Source: Candidatus Omnitrophota bacterium (GTDB lineage: Bacteria > Omnitrophota > Gorgyraeia > JAHJTE01). Taken from it: 64,000 nt of DNA. A model generated the notes under the pieces. It worked only from the letters and a program-made list of their open reading frames with translations, was not told where the DNA came from and did not search any database. Location of the stretch: contig JAHJTE010000001.1 of assembly GCA_018830005.1 (NCBI GenBank), forward strand, positions 129,332-193,331, read 5' to 3'. This document shows positions 22,226 to 32,514 of this stretch, one piece after another; position 1 is the first letter of the stretch, and every line of letters starts with the position of its first letter. Made by a program: the position numbers and the translations under genes.

Positions 22226-25200
22226 ATGAGTATGCAAATAAGGTCAAAACAAAAGAAAATATTTGGTTTCATAACAGCTTCTATTCTTGCCATTTTATTT
22301 CTTCCTTTAACTAATGCTTTCGCCTACACAGAGGCGGAGCTTTGTGTAAATCCAGATAAAGACCACTGCTTTTTTGTTGCTGAAGATGGTAGTGATACTA
22401 CAGGAGATGGCAGTCTCACCAAGCCCTACAGGACTTTAGCTCCTTTGTTCTCTGTTGGTGGAAACTATAGTGCAAAGCTTGATAAGGCAGATTCTCAGCT
22501 AAGGACTGTAGTAATGCGAGCAGGAGATTATCATCATGCTGGTACTGTTTATCTACGTCGTTCCAATGTAGTTTTAAAAAATTGGCCTGGAGAAAGGCCA
22601 AGAGTTTGGCTTGAAGGAGACAACAGTGCAAATACACATAGACTTACCCTAGGAGTGGGTTATTCTGGCTACAGTTGCGAAAATGTAACTGTTGAAGGCC
22701 TAGATATAGAAGGTGGCTATTCTTATGCCTTAAAGATTTATGAAAACACCAAGGATGTAACCATAAGAGGAAATAAAATACATGGCTCAGGATATGATGT
22801 AATAAAGATTGTTGGTTGCGGAGTGAGTGGGAACTTAGATTATGACAACTATTTATGTAATCAGAACGCACTTATTGAAGATAATGAGATTTATGATTCT
22901 GGACTTAAAAGCACTATCGGTGATGAGGGCATTGATGCCATGGGGACCTATAATACAATAGTGCGGCATAATTATTTCCATGATATTCAAGGATCAGGAC
23001 TTTATTTCAAGGGCCATTCTAAAGGTATTATAGTGGAAGAAAACTTTTTCTACAACACTGGAACTGGAGGGCTTGATCCGAATAACGTCAATGATACTTG
23101 GGGCGGATTATGGCTAGGGGATGACTCAATGCTTGCATATATCCCTGAGCCTCCCCACAATTATGAGATTGAAGATAGTATCGCCAGAAATAATATTATT
23201 GCAAATACTCAAGGCGATGCCTTACGAGTGATGTCTTGTAAAAATTGTTCTGTGTATAACAACACAGTTTATAACAAAAACAGAAAAGAATTTCCGCGGG
23301 GCTACTTGACTGATTATTCAGGTTCTTTTTCAATATTCAAGAATGCGAAGAAGTCCATTGATGGCATCTGGGCTGATGAGTTAAGGCTGCGCAATGCCGA
23401 GGTTTATTTTAGGAATAATATCGTAGTGGATTCTATAGAGCAAGGTTATGGAATCCAGTTACCCATAGTTGCGATTAACGGTCCTTTTTATAATGGTAGG
23501 AATTCTGACCATTTAAACATGAGAAATAATATCTACTATCGAAGAGATGGCGACTATCGATTTAGAAATTATAGCAGTGAGGAAGCAGTAACTGGTAGCA
23601 CTAGTATTGATGAGTGGCAACAGGTAAGCGCGTTGGATCAAAATTCAAAGATTGCCTCCAACCCAGGAACGCTTTTGCGAATAATGGCTGACGCAAGCCT
23701 ACCTGAAAATGACCCAAAGAGTTATTTACAGACAATTAATTCTGAAGCACTCACTTTAGACGCTGGTGCATACATTGATTTAAGTGTATCTCCATGGACA
23801 GAGTGGTTTCCGGAAACCTGCAGCGATGGCCAGACGCGAAGCTGTGTTACCACTCATAGCTGCGAAGGCCTACAGACTTGTAGCGGCAGCACTTGGAGTT
23901 CATGTCAGGATATAGTTGGGGATAGCTGTCCAGGTACATGCGTTGACAATGATAATGATGGTTATGGTAAACCTGCCTCATTTGCCTGTCAATTTCCTGA
24001 TTTAGATTGTAATGACAGTAATCCTAATGTCAATCCTGGTCATTTAGAAATCTGTGGCAATGGCGAAGATGATGATTGTCGAAGCGGCGATGAGGCTTGC
24101 AAGCAGTGTGTAACAGGAGATACTGTTTTTGGCCAGATTCATGCAAAAGGATGTATATGTGAAGGAGAACAAAGATATACAGGATATTGTTGTGAAGGTA
24201 ATATATATAATCCGTATACAGCTTGTGGCTATGAAGAATGCAGGCCGAATCAATTCTGTGTGACTAACTCTAACTGTTCGGGAACTTGTGATGCATTGGG
24301 TACGGCTTGTATAGATAATACAGCAGATAGTTGTCCTTCATTCATATTGCAGGATGGCCTGGATGGATATTCAGGAACTAAAGATACTTCTTTGTTGAGC
24401 ACCAAACCTACCAGCGTGTCTGGTTCCTCAGGTGCTCTAGGGCTTTGGACAGAGGGTTCGGCAGAGTATAAATTCGTGATAGAATTTGATATTTCATCGA
24501 TTCCTCAAGGGTCAAAAATAAAAGATTGCATTTTACAGATATATACGACTTCTTCTGAGCTTTCGCGTACTTCGAAAAAAAATATCTCGGCGCGCCGGAT
24601 CTTGAGGCCTTGGGTGGAATCTCAAGTAACTTGGAATAAAGCTAATTCTTCTACATATTGGGCCTTAGCCGGAGCAGATGCAGATGGACTCGATAGGAAT
24701 CTTACGCCTTTAGTTACTCACAATCCTACCAAGCCAGATCTTATTTTATATAGGATGACAGACACATGGGCTAGCTTTAATCTTTTAGAATCAGGTGATA
24801 ACATTGCTGAAAAATGGCTGGATGGGACATACCCTAATTATGGCCTCGTTTTTGAGATAGACACTCTTGATGCACGCGGTATGGGCTTTGCCTCGAAAGA
24901 AAATAGCCTAGGTCAGGAGTTTAAACCCAGACTTATCATAAATCTTGAAGGTCAAGGATCACTGCCTCCACCTCCTCCACCATTAAATCAGCCGCCGGTA
25001 TTAGACTCAATTGGCAATAGATCTATCAATGAAGGAGAAAGCCTTACCTTTAATATTTCAGCCACTGATCCAGATGGTGACACCCTAACTTACTCAGCCT
25101 CTAGTCTGCCCCAAGGAGCTATATTTATTAACCAGGCATTCAGTTGGAGGCCTGATTATGGACAGGCAGGAGAATATCTGGTTACTTTTAGCGTAAGCGA

Positions 25201-27730
25201 TGGTGCGGAAATTGATTCAGAAGATATAACAATAACTGTTAATAAGATAGATAACTCCCCACCAGCCATAACTATTACTTCACCCGGGGATAACGCAATA
25301 GTTTTTGAGAGCCCGATACAAGTGAGCGGTACAGTTAGCGATGCTCTAAGTTCTATAGCTAGTGTTAAGGTCAATGCAGAGGAAGTAGCGCTTTCAAATA
25401 GCAGCTTCTCAGCCTTGGTAGCCTTAGAACTAGGAGAGAATATAATTACTGTTACTGCTTCAGATGCTGCAAGCAATACAGCCGAAGTCTCTATTACTGT
25501 TACACTTGATACAGCGCCCACAGGCGGTATTACATTGACTGCTTCTGCAAGTCCTACTTCTGGCACCGCACCTTTGACTGTTGATTTCCAGGCTCAGGCC
25601 TCAAGTACTGAAGGCGCTATTGTAAGATACGAATGGGACTTGGAGGGCCATAATACATTTCGCATGAAGCAAGTGGTTTCCTCTCCAGATGTAAGTTATA
25701 TATATACTGCTGCTGGTTTATATGTGGCTACAGTCAAGGCGATTGATTCTGCTGGTAACTATGAGACATATTCATTTGCGATTAATGTGAACGCAAATCC
25801 TGATGCTCCAACTGTAGCACTTTCAGCAGATACAACAAGCGCAAGTACGCCTTTAAGGGTAAAATTCACTGCAAATGCTAAGGCCGCAAATACAATATCT
25901 AAATATGAATGGGATTTTGATGGCGACGGTGTATTTGAACTTAATAGTAGTAGATCATCTAAGGTTATCCATACCTATATAGTTGCTGGCGTCTATCAGG
26001 CGCGAATTAAGGTAACGGATAGTAAAGGTCTTTCTGCAGAAGACCAGGTTATAATTGATGCCCGAAGCATAAAAGGAACGCCTGAGTTTTCAATTGTAAC
26101 TGATAGGGTTTCTGGAAAGGTGCCTTTATTGGTTAATTTTACTGTTAACAAGGACAACGATTTTACTGCCTTAAAATATGAATGGGATTTTGATGGAGAT
26201 AAAGTAGTAGATTTGGTATCCAATAGTCCAGAAGGAGCATTCACTTATCGCAATGCTGGCACCTTTGATGTTGTTCTTAAGATTATCACTGATAAATCCA
26301 TCGCAGGCTTAGGATATAAACAGATAAAGATTAAAGGGCCTGAAAAAGACTCAGATGAAAGCGGTTCAACTGTCTTAAGCTCATTGTCTCTATCTCAGGC
26401 TACAGGCATTGCCCCTTTGCTGGTAACATTTGCAAATGCCAGTCAGAATTCAATAGAGAGCCTCTATGATTTTGACGGCGATGGCAGTTTTGATTTAAGT
26501 AGTAAGGCAGCCGAATTTAAGACGTACCTCTATAAGAATCCTGGGCTTTATACCCCATTATTAAGGGTATTGGGAACAGGTGGTGATGTAAGCTTTGCCA
26601 GTAGGATTATCTGGATAAATGATGCTGTTGCCAAGCCAATAATGACAGAACCTTCTAATGGCAAGACTCTAGCTGGAGATTCTATAGGGCTTGTTGCTGA
26701 TGCTCCTGTTGGCATAGATATCTTGAAATTAAGTTTCGAGTTTAAGGCATATAACGAGACTACTTGGCAGGAGGTGTCTAACTCCTTAACCGAATTTCCT
26801 TACAATCTAAAATGGGATGTTTCTGGTCTAGCGGATTCTAAGGAATACAATATTCGTGCCAAGGTAATTGACGCAGGAGGCGGAGAATACATATCTGATG
26901 CAATAACTATAACCTTGGATAATAATGACTCTAATCCTGATATAAGAGAGACAACAGCAAATGCACAGGGTGAATATACTAAGGAGGTCAAAATAAACAA
27001 AGAGGAAAATTACACAATTAGCCTCTGGGATGGTACTGTAATTATTGTTCCCCAGGGAGCTTTAGGTGCTGAAGATAAGCTAATCATGAATATCGCTGAT
27101 CCGGCATTAGTGCCTAATAAACTTGAAGGTCAAGACTTAGCAGATGCCAGACAGTATAAGAAATTTAGCCTTGAAAGCGGCAGATACCTTTTTGATAAAG
27201 ACCTTACACTAGTAATCCCTTACCCTGATCTTAATAATGATGGCATTGTGGACGGCACCTCTATTAATGTAGAGACGCTTAGTATCTATCAATTTAATGA
27301 AGCCAGCAATGTTTGGCAGAAGGTTAACAGTACGATTGACCTAATAGAGAAGACTGTGCGCGTAAAGATAAATCATTTTAGCTTGTTTGGTTTAGGAGGC
27401 CTTGGTGAGGACGGAGATGATGTTTCTTCTGATTCAGATTCACCTATTCTGCCTGTTTCTACTTCTGAAGGTGGCGGAGGAGGTAGTTGTTTTATTGCCA
27501 CAGCCGCCTTTGGCAGTCCGCTAGAAGAAGAAGTTAAGACACTTTCTGAATTCAGAGATAGATACTTGTTGAGCAATAGAGCTGGTGAGATGTTTGTAAG
27601 ATTCTATTATCAACATTCTCCGAAATTAGCAGAGTTTATTAAAGATAAGGAATCTTTAAAGGTAGCAATTAGATTATTCTTGAAACCACTTGTTAATCTA
27701 AGTAAATTTTTGCTAGAGGCAGGAGGATAG
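22226..27730 (+). CDS. giant (1835 aa) secreted multidomain protein: signal peptide, right-handed parallel beta-helix (pectate-lyase-like), Cys-rich MopE-like putative metal-binding repeats, cadherin/Ig-like domain, >=5 PKD repeats, Gly-rich linker and C-terminal [10 protein letters not shown] box domain
   Basis: Signal peptide [33 protein letters not shown]. Beta-helix N..I.N repeats ([18 protein letters not shown]). [25 protein letters not shown]-type repeats. [46 protein letters not shown]. Repeated [12 protein letters not shown] units. Tail [36 protein letters not shown]... Confidence 0.8.
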   Translation: MSMQIRSKQKKIFGFITASILAILFLPLTNAFAYTEAELCVNPDKDHCFFVAEDGSDTTGDGSLTKPYRTLAPLFSVGGNYSAKLDKADSQLRTVVMRAGDYHHAGTVYLRRSNVVLKNWPGERPRVWLEGDNSANTHRLTLGVGYSGYSCENVTVEGLDIEGGYSYALKIYENTKDVTIRGNKIHGSGYDVIKIVGCGVSGNLDYDNYLCNQNALIEDNEIYDSGLKSTIGDEGIDAMGTYNTIVRHNYFHDIQGSGLYFKGHSKGIIVEENFFYNTGTGGLDPNNVNDTWGGLWLGDDSMLAYIPEPPHNYEIEDSIARNNIIANTQGDALRVMSCKNCSVYNNTVYNKNRKEFPRGYLTDYSGSFSIFKNAKKSIDGIWADELRLRNAEVYFRNNIVVDSIEQGYGIQLPIVAINGPFYNGRNSDHLNMRNNIYYRRDGDYRFRNYSSEEAVTGSTSIDEWQQVSALDQNSKIASNPGTLLRIMADASLPENDPKSYLQTINSEALTLDAGAYIDLSVSPWTEWFPETCSDGQTRSCVTTHSCEGLQTCSGSTWSSCQDIVGDSCPGTCVDNDNDGYGKPASFACQFPDLDCNDSNPNVNPGHLEICGNGEDDDCRSGDEACKQCVTGDTVFGQIHAKGCICEGEQRYTGYCCEGNIYNPYTACGYEECRPNQFCVTNSNCSGTCDALGTACIDNTADSCPSFILQDGLDGYSGTKDTSLLSTKPTSVSGSSGALGLWTEGSAEYKFVIEFDISSIPQGSKIKDCILQIYTTSSELSRTSKKNISARRILRPWVESQVTWNKANSSTYWALAGADADGLDRNLTPLVTHNPTKPDLILYRMTDTWASFNLLESGDNIAEKWLDGTYPNYGLVFEIDTLDARGMGFASKENSLGQEFKPRLIINLEGQGSLPPPPPPLNQPPVLDSIGNRSINEGESLTFNISATDPDGDTLTYSASSLPQGAIFINQAFSWRPDYGQAGEYLVTFSVSDGAEIDSEDITITVNKIDNSPPAITITSPGDNAIVFESPIQVSGTVSDALSSIASVKVNAEEVALSNSSFSALVALELGENIITVTASDAASNTAEVSITVTLDTAPTGGITLTASASPTSGTAPLTVDFQAQASSTEGAIVRYEWDLEGHNTFRMKQVVSSPDVSYIYTAAGLYVATVKAIDSAGNYETYSFAINVNANPDAPTVALSADTTSASTPLRVKFTANAKAANTISKYEWDFDGDGVFELNSSRSSKVIHTYIVAGVYQARIKVTDSKGLSAEDQVIIDARSIKGTPEFSIVTDRVSGKVPLLVNFTVNKDNDFTALKYEWDFDGDKVVDLVSNSPEGAFTYRNAGTFDVVLKIITDKSIAGLGYKQIKIKGPEKDSDESGSTVLSSLSLSQATGIAPLLVTFANASQNSIESLYDFDGDGSFDLSSKAAEFKTYLYKNPGLYTPLLRVLGTGGDVSFASRIIWINDAVAKPIMTEPSNGKTLAGDSIGLVADAPVGIDILKLSFEFKAYNETTWQEVSNSLTEFPYNLKWDVSGLADSKEYNIRAKVIDAGGGEYISDAITITLDNNDSNPDIRETTANAQGEYTKEVKINKEENYTISLWDGTVIIVPQGALGAEDKLIMNIADPALVPNKLEGQDLADARQYKKFSLESGRYLFDKDLTLVIPYPDLNNDGIVDGTSINVETLSIYQFNEASNVWQKVNSTIDLIEKTVRVKINHFSLFGLGGLGEDGDDVSSDSDSPILPVSTSEGGGGGSCFIATAAFGSPLEEEVKTLSEFRDRYLLSNRAGEMFVRFYYQHSPKLAEFIKDKESLKVAIRLFLKPLVNLSKFLLEAGG

Positions 27731-27732
27731 TC

Positions 27733-28440
27733 ATGATTATCAAAAGAACAAAGATGATTATTGCTATGACCCTGGGGTTTATATTTGCAATCAACATTTC
27801 CTGCTATGCCACTGATTTTGAAAAGAATCAGATATTGAATTCTCGCCATATCTTGATTGGTACGATTGTCAAGGATAATCCTAGAGACTCCTTGGCAATC
27901 ATTAGAGATAGCACGAATGATAAAGATGCAAGTTACAAGGTTGGCCAAATTCTTGATGGATATTACATTGTTAGAATAAAACGGGCAGAGGTAGAACTTT
28001 TAAGGCAAGGAAAGATTTCCTCCTTAAGGCTGCCCTTAGGAGGCGGCGCTGAATTCATCACAATCGTTTCTGGAAACGAACGCATTGTTAACCGCACTGC
28101 TTTAAATGAGCGCTATAAGAATCTGAACGAAGTTTTTGGCGCTGGTATTGTGTTTCCTCACATTGAAAAGGGCAAGTTAGCAGGATTAAAGATTGTGCGT
28201 ATCAATGATGAAGAGCTTGCTAAGGCAACTGGCGTGAGCGAAGGTGATATAGTTATTTCGGTCAATAACCAGAAATTGACAGGTGTAAAACAAGCCTTAG
28301 ATGTTTATAATAAATTAAGAAATGAAGAAGAGATAGAGTTAGAGCTAAAGCGCAACGGAAAGTTGCATAAGTATAGTTATTATATGAATTGGGAAGAAGG
28401 AGGCAAGATACCAAGGCTGCTCAAAGAGCAGAAGTTATAA
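27733..28440 (+). CDS. GspC/PilP-like secretin-interacting protein with C-terminal PDZ domain (putative T2SS protein C)
   Basis: N-terminal signal/TM, HR-like beta domain (ILIGTIVKDNPRDSLAIIRD...YKVGQILDGYYIVRIKRAEVELL), PDZ-like GLKIVRINDEELAKATGVSEGDIVISVNNQKL. Confidence 0.45.
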   Translation: MIIKRTKMIIAMTLGFIFAINISCYATDFEKNQILNSRHILIGTIVKDNPRDSLAIIRDSTNDKDASYKVGQILDGYYIVRIKRAEVELLRQGKISSLRLPLGGGAEFITIVSGNERIVNRTALNERYKNLNEVFGAGIVFPHIEKGKLAGLKIVRINDEELAKATGVSEGDIVISVNNQKLTGVKQALDVYNKLRNEEEIELELKRNGKLHKYSYYMNWEEGGKIPRLLKEQKL

Positions 28441-28621
28441 TAATCTTTATTAAGGCTAAGATTAAATCTTGAAAAAGGCGAACTCTGGTGAAAGCCAGAG
28501 GGCATCCCGGAAGGGATCTTCCTAAGGGAAGGCAAAGCCATAAGGCCTAAAGTCCCCTAGATGTTTTAGGGACATGGCAGCTGGGTTACCAAGATATAAA
28601 CTATTTATAGAATATTATTTG

Positions 28622-28656
28622 CCCCAAGCTGTCCTTTTAGGCTTGGGGATTTTTTT
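28622..28656 (+). terminator. rho-independent terminator
   Basis: CCCCAAGC-(loop)-GCTTGGGG followed by ATTTTTTT. Confidence 0.6.
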
Positions 28657-28684
28657 GAAGTATAATTGATGAAAAGTGGGGTGA

Positions 28685-28939
28685 TTGAAGATGGACGCTA
28701 AAAGAAAAGCACTAAAACAAAAGGTAGTTACCTTCCTAAACCGCGAGGAGATAGACTTCTTAGACAAGCTAGGAAAAGACGCCTGGTTTTCAACAGGGAT
28801 GAAACTTTCTCGCACCCAGATAATCGAGGCATTGGTTAACTTGATGATGGAGATGGGTGTTGGAGGTAAAGGCGTTGATTCTAAAGAAGAGTTAAAGCAA
28901 CATATCCTCAAGGCCTTAGAGCGGTTCGAAGGGCAATAG
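28685..28939 (+). CDS. small hypothetical protein, possible ribbon-helix-helix DNA-binding fold
   Basis: Predicted beta-strand KVVTFLNREEIDFL followed by two helices; weak, pattern only. Confidence 0.3.
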   Translation: MKMDAKRKALKQKVVTFLNREEIDFLDKLGKDAWFSTGMKLSRTQIIEALVNLMMEMGVGGKGVDSKEELKQHILKALERFEGQ

Positions 28940-28971
28940 ATAAATAGAGAATAGATAGGAGAAGACCTAGA

Positions 28972-30579
28972 ATGAAAAAGACAAGGTTATTTATATTAGT
29001 ATGTTTGATATGCATTTCTTGGACAGCTCGACTATCTGCTATTGATTTGACTCTAGACGTAAAAACAGATAGCCAAGTGGCAGGGCAGACGCAACCTTAC
29101 GGCTATGTCAAGATAGAAGGTAGAAAGCTTTTAGTAGATTTTGATAAAGACGGAATATATGAACTATATTTTATTAAGGGTGTTGGCTATAGTCCTTATC
29201 CAATAGGCAGACAGCCTACTGAGTGGAATAAACCCAATATATTTAATGATAGCCAAATTCTTCATCGTGATTTTTCCCTGTTACAAGCAATGAATTGTAA
29301 CACTATTCGTATCTGGAAAGGAGATGATACTGAAGAAGATAATGGCAAATTTCCTTGTAAGATCACCAGGACTTTTAATCCAGAAAACCCAGGAACGCTT
29401 GATATTGCAGATGAATACGGTATCAAGGTCATAGCGGGATTTTGGATCCAGACGCAACAGCCGCGCTGTGAGGATGGGAAGGTAATATATGATGAATTAG
29501 CTTTTCTTACTGAGGGCAGCCTTGAACAAGATGATTTGTTATCTAGATTCCGAGCCTATGTTAATAAATTTAAATGGGATCCTGCTATTCTCTTTTGGGC
29601 TATCGGTAACGAAAACAACTTTCATATACCGCCGGATAGATTGCATGAGTGGTATGCGTTCGTAGATAAGATGGCTGAGATTGCTCATGAGGTTGAAGAT
29701 CCTGATAACTTTGGTTATTATCATCCAGTTGCAGTTGTTAACGGAGATATCATGTTTGATAAAGATACTGTTGTTATTGGAAATTATGATTTTGGAACGA
29801 CAGATGCACAGATGAGCCATTTGGATATTTGGGGAGCGAACGTCTATAGAGGGGATTCTTTTGGTGAGCTGTTCTCTGATTTTGCAGCTAACTCAGATAA
29901 ACCAATTTGGATAGCTGAATACGGCGTAGATGCCTGGCATGTTGATGACTGGCAGGATGAGCAGCCTGGGATTGGTTTTGAAAATCAGGATATCCAAGCT
30001 CAATGGGTTGGTAAGCTTTGGGATGAGATTGCTGCTAATTCATCAGTTGCCAAGTGTGGGATAAGCATAGGAGCAACAGTTATGGAATATTCAGATGAGT
30101 GGTGGAAGCCGATTGAATGGGAAGAATCAGGTATCCATGATTACGATGGCGTTGGCCCTACTGATACTGACTGTCCTCCTGATCCTCTTGATGATGAAGA
30201 AAGAATTGATTGGTGGCCTGCTAGTCCGGATAATTTTTTTAATTCTGAATGGTGGGGGATTATGGCTATTAGCCGTCCATACCCTGATGATGGGGGGCCA
30301 GATATTATGACACCTCGTTTAGTGTATTACACTTTACAAGATAAATTTGCAGATGAACAACCACATCTTTTCCTCTGCGGTGATGCTAATGCAGATTGTA
30401 GCCTCAATATAGGAGATCCTGTTTATTTGATTAATTATAGTTTTAAGGGCGGCCCAGCACCTGAACCTCTGGAGGCAGGCGATGCCAATGGAGACGGTAG
30501 TGTTAATATAGGTGATGCTGTTTATCTGCTTCACTACATCTTCAAGGGCGGCCCAGCACCGGTGTGCGTAGGAAACTAA
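28972..30579 (+). CDS. secreted clan GH-A glycoside hydrolase (TIM-barrel, GH5/GH2-like) with C-terminal tandem type-I dockerin repeats
   Basis: Signal peptide; AIGNENN (acid/base NEN) and WIAEYGVD (nucleophile Glu) motifs. C-terminus CGDANADCSLNIGDPVYLINYSFKGG...DANGDGSVNIGDAVYLLHYIFKGG gives two Ca-binding dockerin segments. Confidence 0.65.
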   Translation: MKKTRLFILVCLICISWTARLSAIDLTLDVKTDSQVAGQTQPYGYVKIEGRKLLVDFDKDGIYELYFIKGVGYSPYPIGRQPTEWNKPNIFNDSQILHRDFSLLQAMNCNTIRIWKGDDTEEDNGKFPCKITRTFNPENPGTLDIADEYGIKVIAGFWIQTQQPRCEDGKVIYDELAFLTEGSLEQDDLLSRFRAYVNKFKWDPAILFWAIGNENNFHIPPDRLHEWYAFVDKMAEIAHEVEDPDNFGYYHPVAVVNGDIMFDKDTVVIGNYDFGTTDAQMSHLDIWGANVYRGDSFGELFSDFAANSDKPIWIAEYGVDAWHVDDWQDEQPGIGFENQDIQAQWVGKLWDEIAANSSVAKCGISIGATVMEYSDEWWKPIEWEESGIHDYDGVGPTDTDCPPDPLDDEERIDWWPASPDNFFNSEWWGIMAISRPYPDDGGPDIMTPRLVYYTLQDKFADEQPHLFLCGDANADCSLNIGDPVYLINYSFKGGPAPEPLEAGDANGDGSVNIGDAVYLLHYIFKGGPAPVCVGN

Positions 30580-30673
30580 TAGATTATAATGAATTCTCTC
30601 CACCAGCCATGGAGGAGAATAAGGCCCTGTTGGATTTATCTGACAGGGCCTTCTCCGTTAGGGGCTAGATTTG

Positions 30674-30712
30674 CCCCGTTAGGTAACAAACATTTAACGG
30701 GGTTTACTTTTT
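30674..30712 (+). terminator. rho-independent terminator after the GH-dockerin gene
   Basis: CCCCGTTA-(loop)-TTAACGGGG followed by TTTACTTTTT. Followed by extended -10 TGTATAAT before gspE. Confidence 0.5.
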
Positions 30713-30758
30713 GCGTTTTAGGTTGTATAATTTACATTGAAATTAAAAGGAGTACAGA

Positions 30759-32474
30759 GTGCCTCTACGCGATTCCACAAAAACAATCGGTCAGATTCTT
30801 GTAGCTGAGAAGATAGTTACTGCAGAGGAGTTAGAGGTTGCCCTGCGGGAACAGAGAAAAACCAGCGGTTATCTTTGCCAGATAATTGTAAATTTAGGAT
30901 TTGCAAAAGAGGAAGAGATTTTTCCTATTCTAGCCAATCAGTTAGGCATACCCTATATCCGCATCAAAAACATAAATATTGCTCCTGAGGTAATAAAGAA
31001 GGTTCCGGCAAAATTTGTTTCCCATTATAAGTTGATGCCCATTTCTATGGTAGGTAATAAATTGACCATTGCTATGAGTGACCCCTTGGATTTGCATACC
31101 CTTGATGATATCCGTCTTTTTTTAGGCGTAGAAGTGGTTCCTGTATTAGCAGGCGATAACGATATTGCAGAATCAATCAGAAAATATTACGGCATAGGCG
31201 CAGAAACTGTTGATAGGATTGTTAAAGAGACTTCTCCCCAGACAAAGAAGCCAATTTCAACCAAGGCCGATATCGAGGACCTGGAGGCAATGGCAGAAGA
31301 TGCCTCAATTGTCAAATTTGTAAATCAGCTGCTTGTTCAGGCCCTTAAGGACAGGGCTACTGATGTTCATATTGAGCCTTTCGAAGATGAATTGCGTGTG
31401 CGTTTTAGAATCGATGGTGTTCTCTATGCAATCAACATTCCTTCTAATCTGCGCTATCTACATGCCTCCATTGTCTCGCGCGTTAAGATTATGTCTAATT
31501 TAGATATTGCTGAGAGACGGCTTCCTCAAGACGGCCGGATTAAAGTGAAGATCGGTAAATATCAACTGGACCTGCGTGTTTCCATAATACCTTCTAATTT
31601 TGGAGAATCAGTACATATTAGAATCTTAAGTCCAGAATCATTTTTGGAGTTAGGGAAGTTAGGCCTACTTGAAAAGGACCTTAAGATAATTGAGCAAGCG
31701 ATTAAGACATCCCACGGTATAATCTTTGTTACCGGCCCGACTGGAAGCGGTAAGACTACTACGCTTTATGCGGGCCTAGCTAAGATAAACAAGAGCCCCT
31801 TAAAGATAATTACCATTGAGGATCCAATTGAATATCAACTTAAAGGTGTTATTCAACTTCAAGTGCAGCCCAAAATCGGTTTTGATTTTGCCCAAGGATT
31901 GCGCTCTATGTTGCGTCATGACCCGGATGTTATGATGGTAGGAGAGGTGCGTGATTTTGATACTGCAGAGATTGCAATCCGAGCTGCCTTAACTGGCCAC
32001 CTTGTATTTTCAACTCTGCATACAAATGATGCCTCTGGTGCAGTAACGCGGCTTCTGGATATGGGCGTTGAACCGTTTTTAATCTCTTCCAGTATAGAGT
32101 GTTTGATTGCCCAGCGCTTGGTGAGAGTGATATGCCCTAAGTGTAAAAACAAGCAGAAGATGAGCAAGGCTGCCCTTAAGGAATTGGGATTTCGCATTGA
32201 AGAGAATGAAGTCTTGACATATAAAGGCAAAGGCTGTTCTGATTGTCGTATGACAGGTTTTCGCGGAAGAACCGGGATATATGAGATTTTATTAGTAAGG
32301 GAACCTATACGCGAGCTCATCTTAAGTCGCGCCTCAAGTCAGCAGATAAAAAAGAAGGCCATAGATTTAGGCATGCTTACTTTAAGGCAGGATGGCTGGC
32401 AGAAGGTCTTAGAAGGGATTACTACAATAGATGAGGTCATCCGCCTAACGCAGCAGGAAGAATTACCAGTATAG
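30759..32474 (+). CDS. gspE: type II secretion system ATPase GspE (PilB-like)
   Basis: N-terminal MshEN/GSPII-N domain, Walker A GPTGSGKTTT, Asp/His boxes, tetracysteine Zn motif CPKC...CSDC. Confidence 0.85.
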   Translation: MPLRDSTKTIGQILVAEKIVTAEELEVALREQRKTSGYLCQIIVNLGFAKEEEIFPILANQLGIPYIRIKNINIAPEVIKKVPAKFVSHYKLMPISMVGNKLTIAMSDPLDLHTLDDIRLFLGVEVVPVLAGDNDIAESIRKYYGIGAETVDRIVKETSPQTKKPISTKADIEDLEAMAEDASIVKFVNQLLVQALKDRATDVHIEPFEDELRVRFRIDGVLYAINIPSNLRYLHASIVSRVKIMSNLDIAERRLPQDGRIKVKIGKYQLDLRVSIIPSNFGESVHIRILSPESFLELGKLGLLEKDLKIIEQAIKTSHGIIFVTGPTGSGKTTTLYAGLAKINKSPLKIITIEDPIEYQLKGVIQLQVQPKIGFDFAQGLRSMLRHDPDVMMVGEVRDFDTAEIAIRAALTGHLVFSTLHTNDASGAVTRLLDMGVEPFLISSSIECLIAQRLVRVICPKCKNKQKMSKAALKELGFRIEENEVLTYKGKGCSDCRMTGFRGRTGIYEILLVREPIRELILSRASSQQIKKKAIDLGMLTLRQDGWQKVLEGITTIDEVIRLTQQEELPV

Positions 32475-32514
32475 GATGAGTTAATAGTCTTAGATCTTTA
32501 GACTACTTAAGATT

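Noticed and set aside
28470-28620. SRP (4.5S) RNA or cobalamin riboswitch in the gspC-like/RHH intergenic region
   Set aside because: It contains a GGAA tetraloop and GGUGAAA, but lacks the SRP domain-IV GGAAGCAGCCAAGG core and the B12-box GCCACUG. The resemblance is too weak.
30589-30804. 71-aa ORF between the GH-dockerin gene and gspE
   Set aside because: It spans a terminator hairpin and the gspE promoter/RBS. It has no RBS of its own, and its 3' end overlaps the gspE start in another frame.
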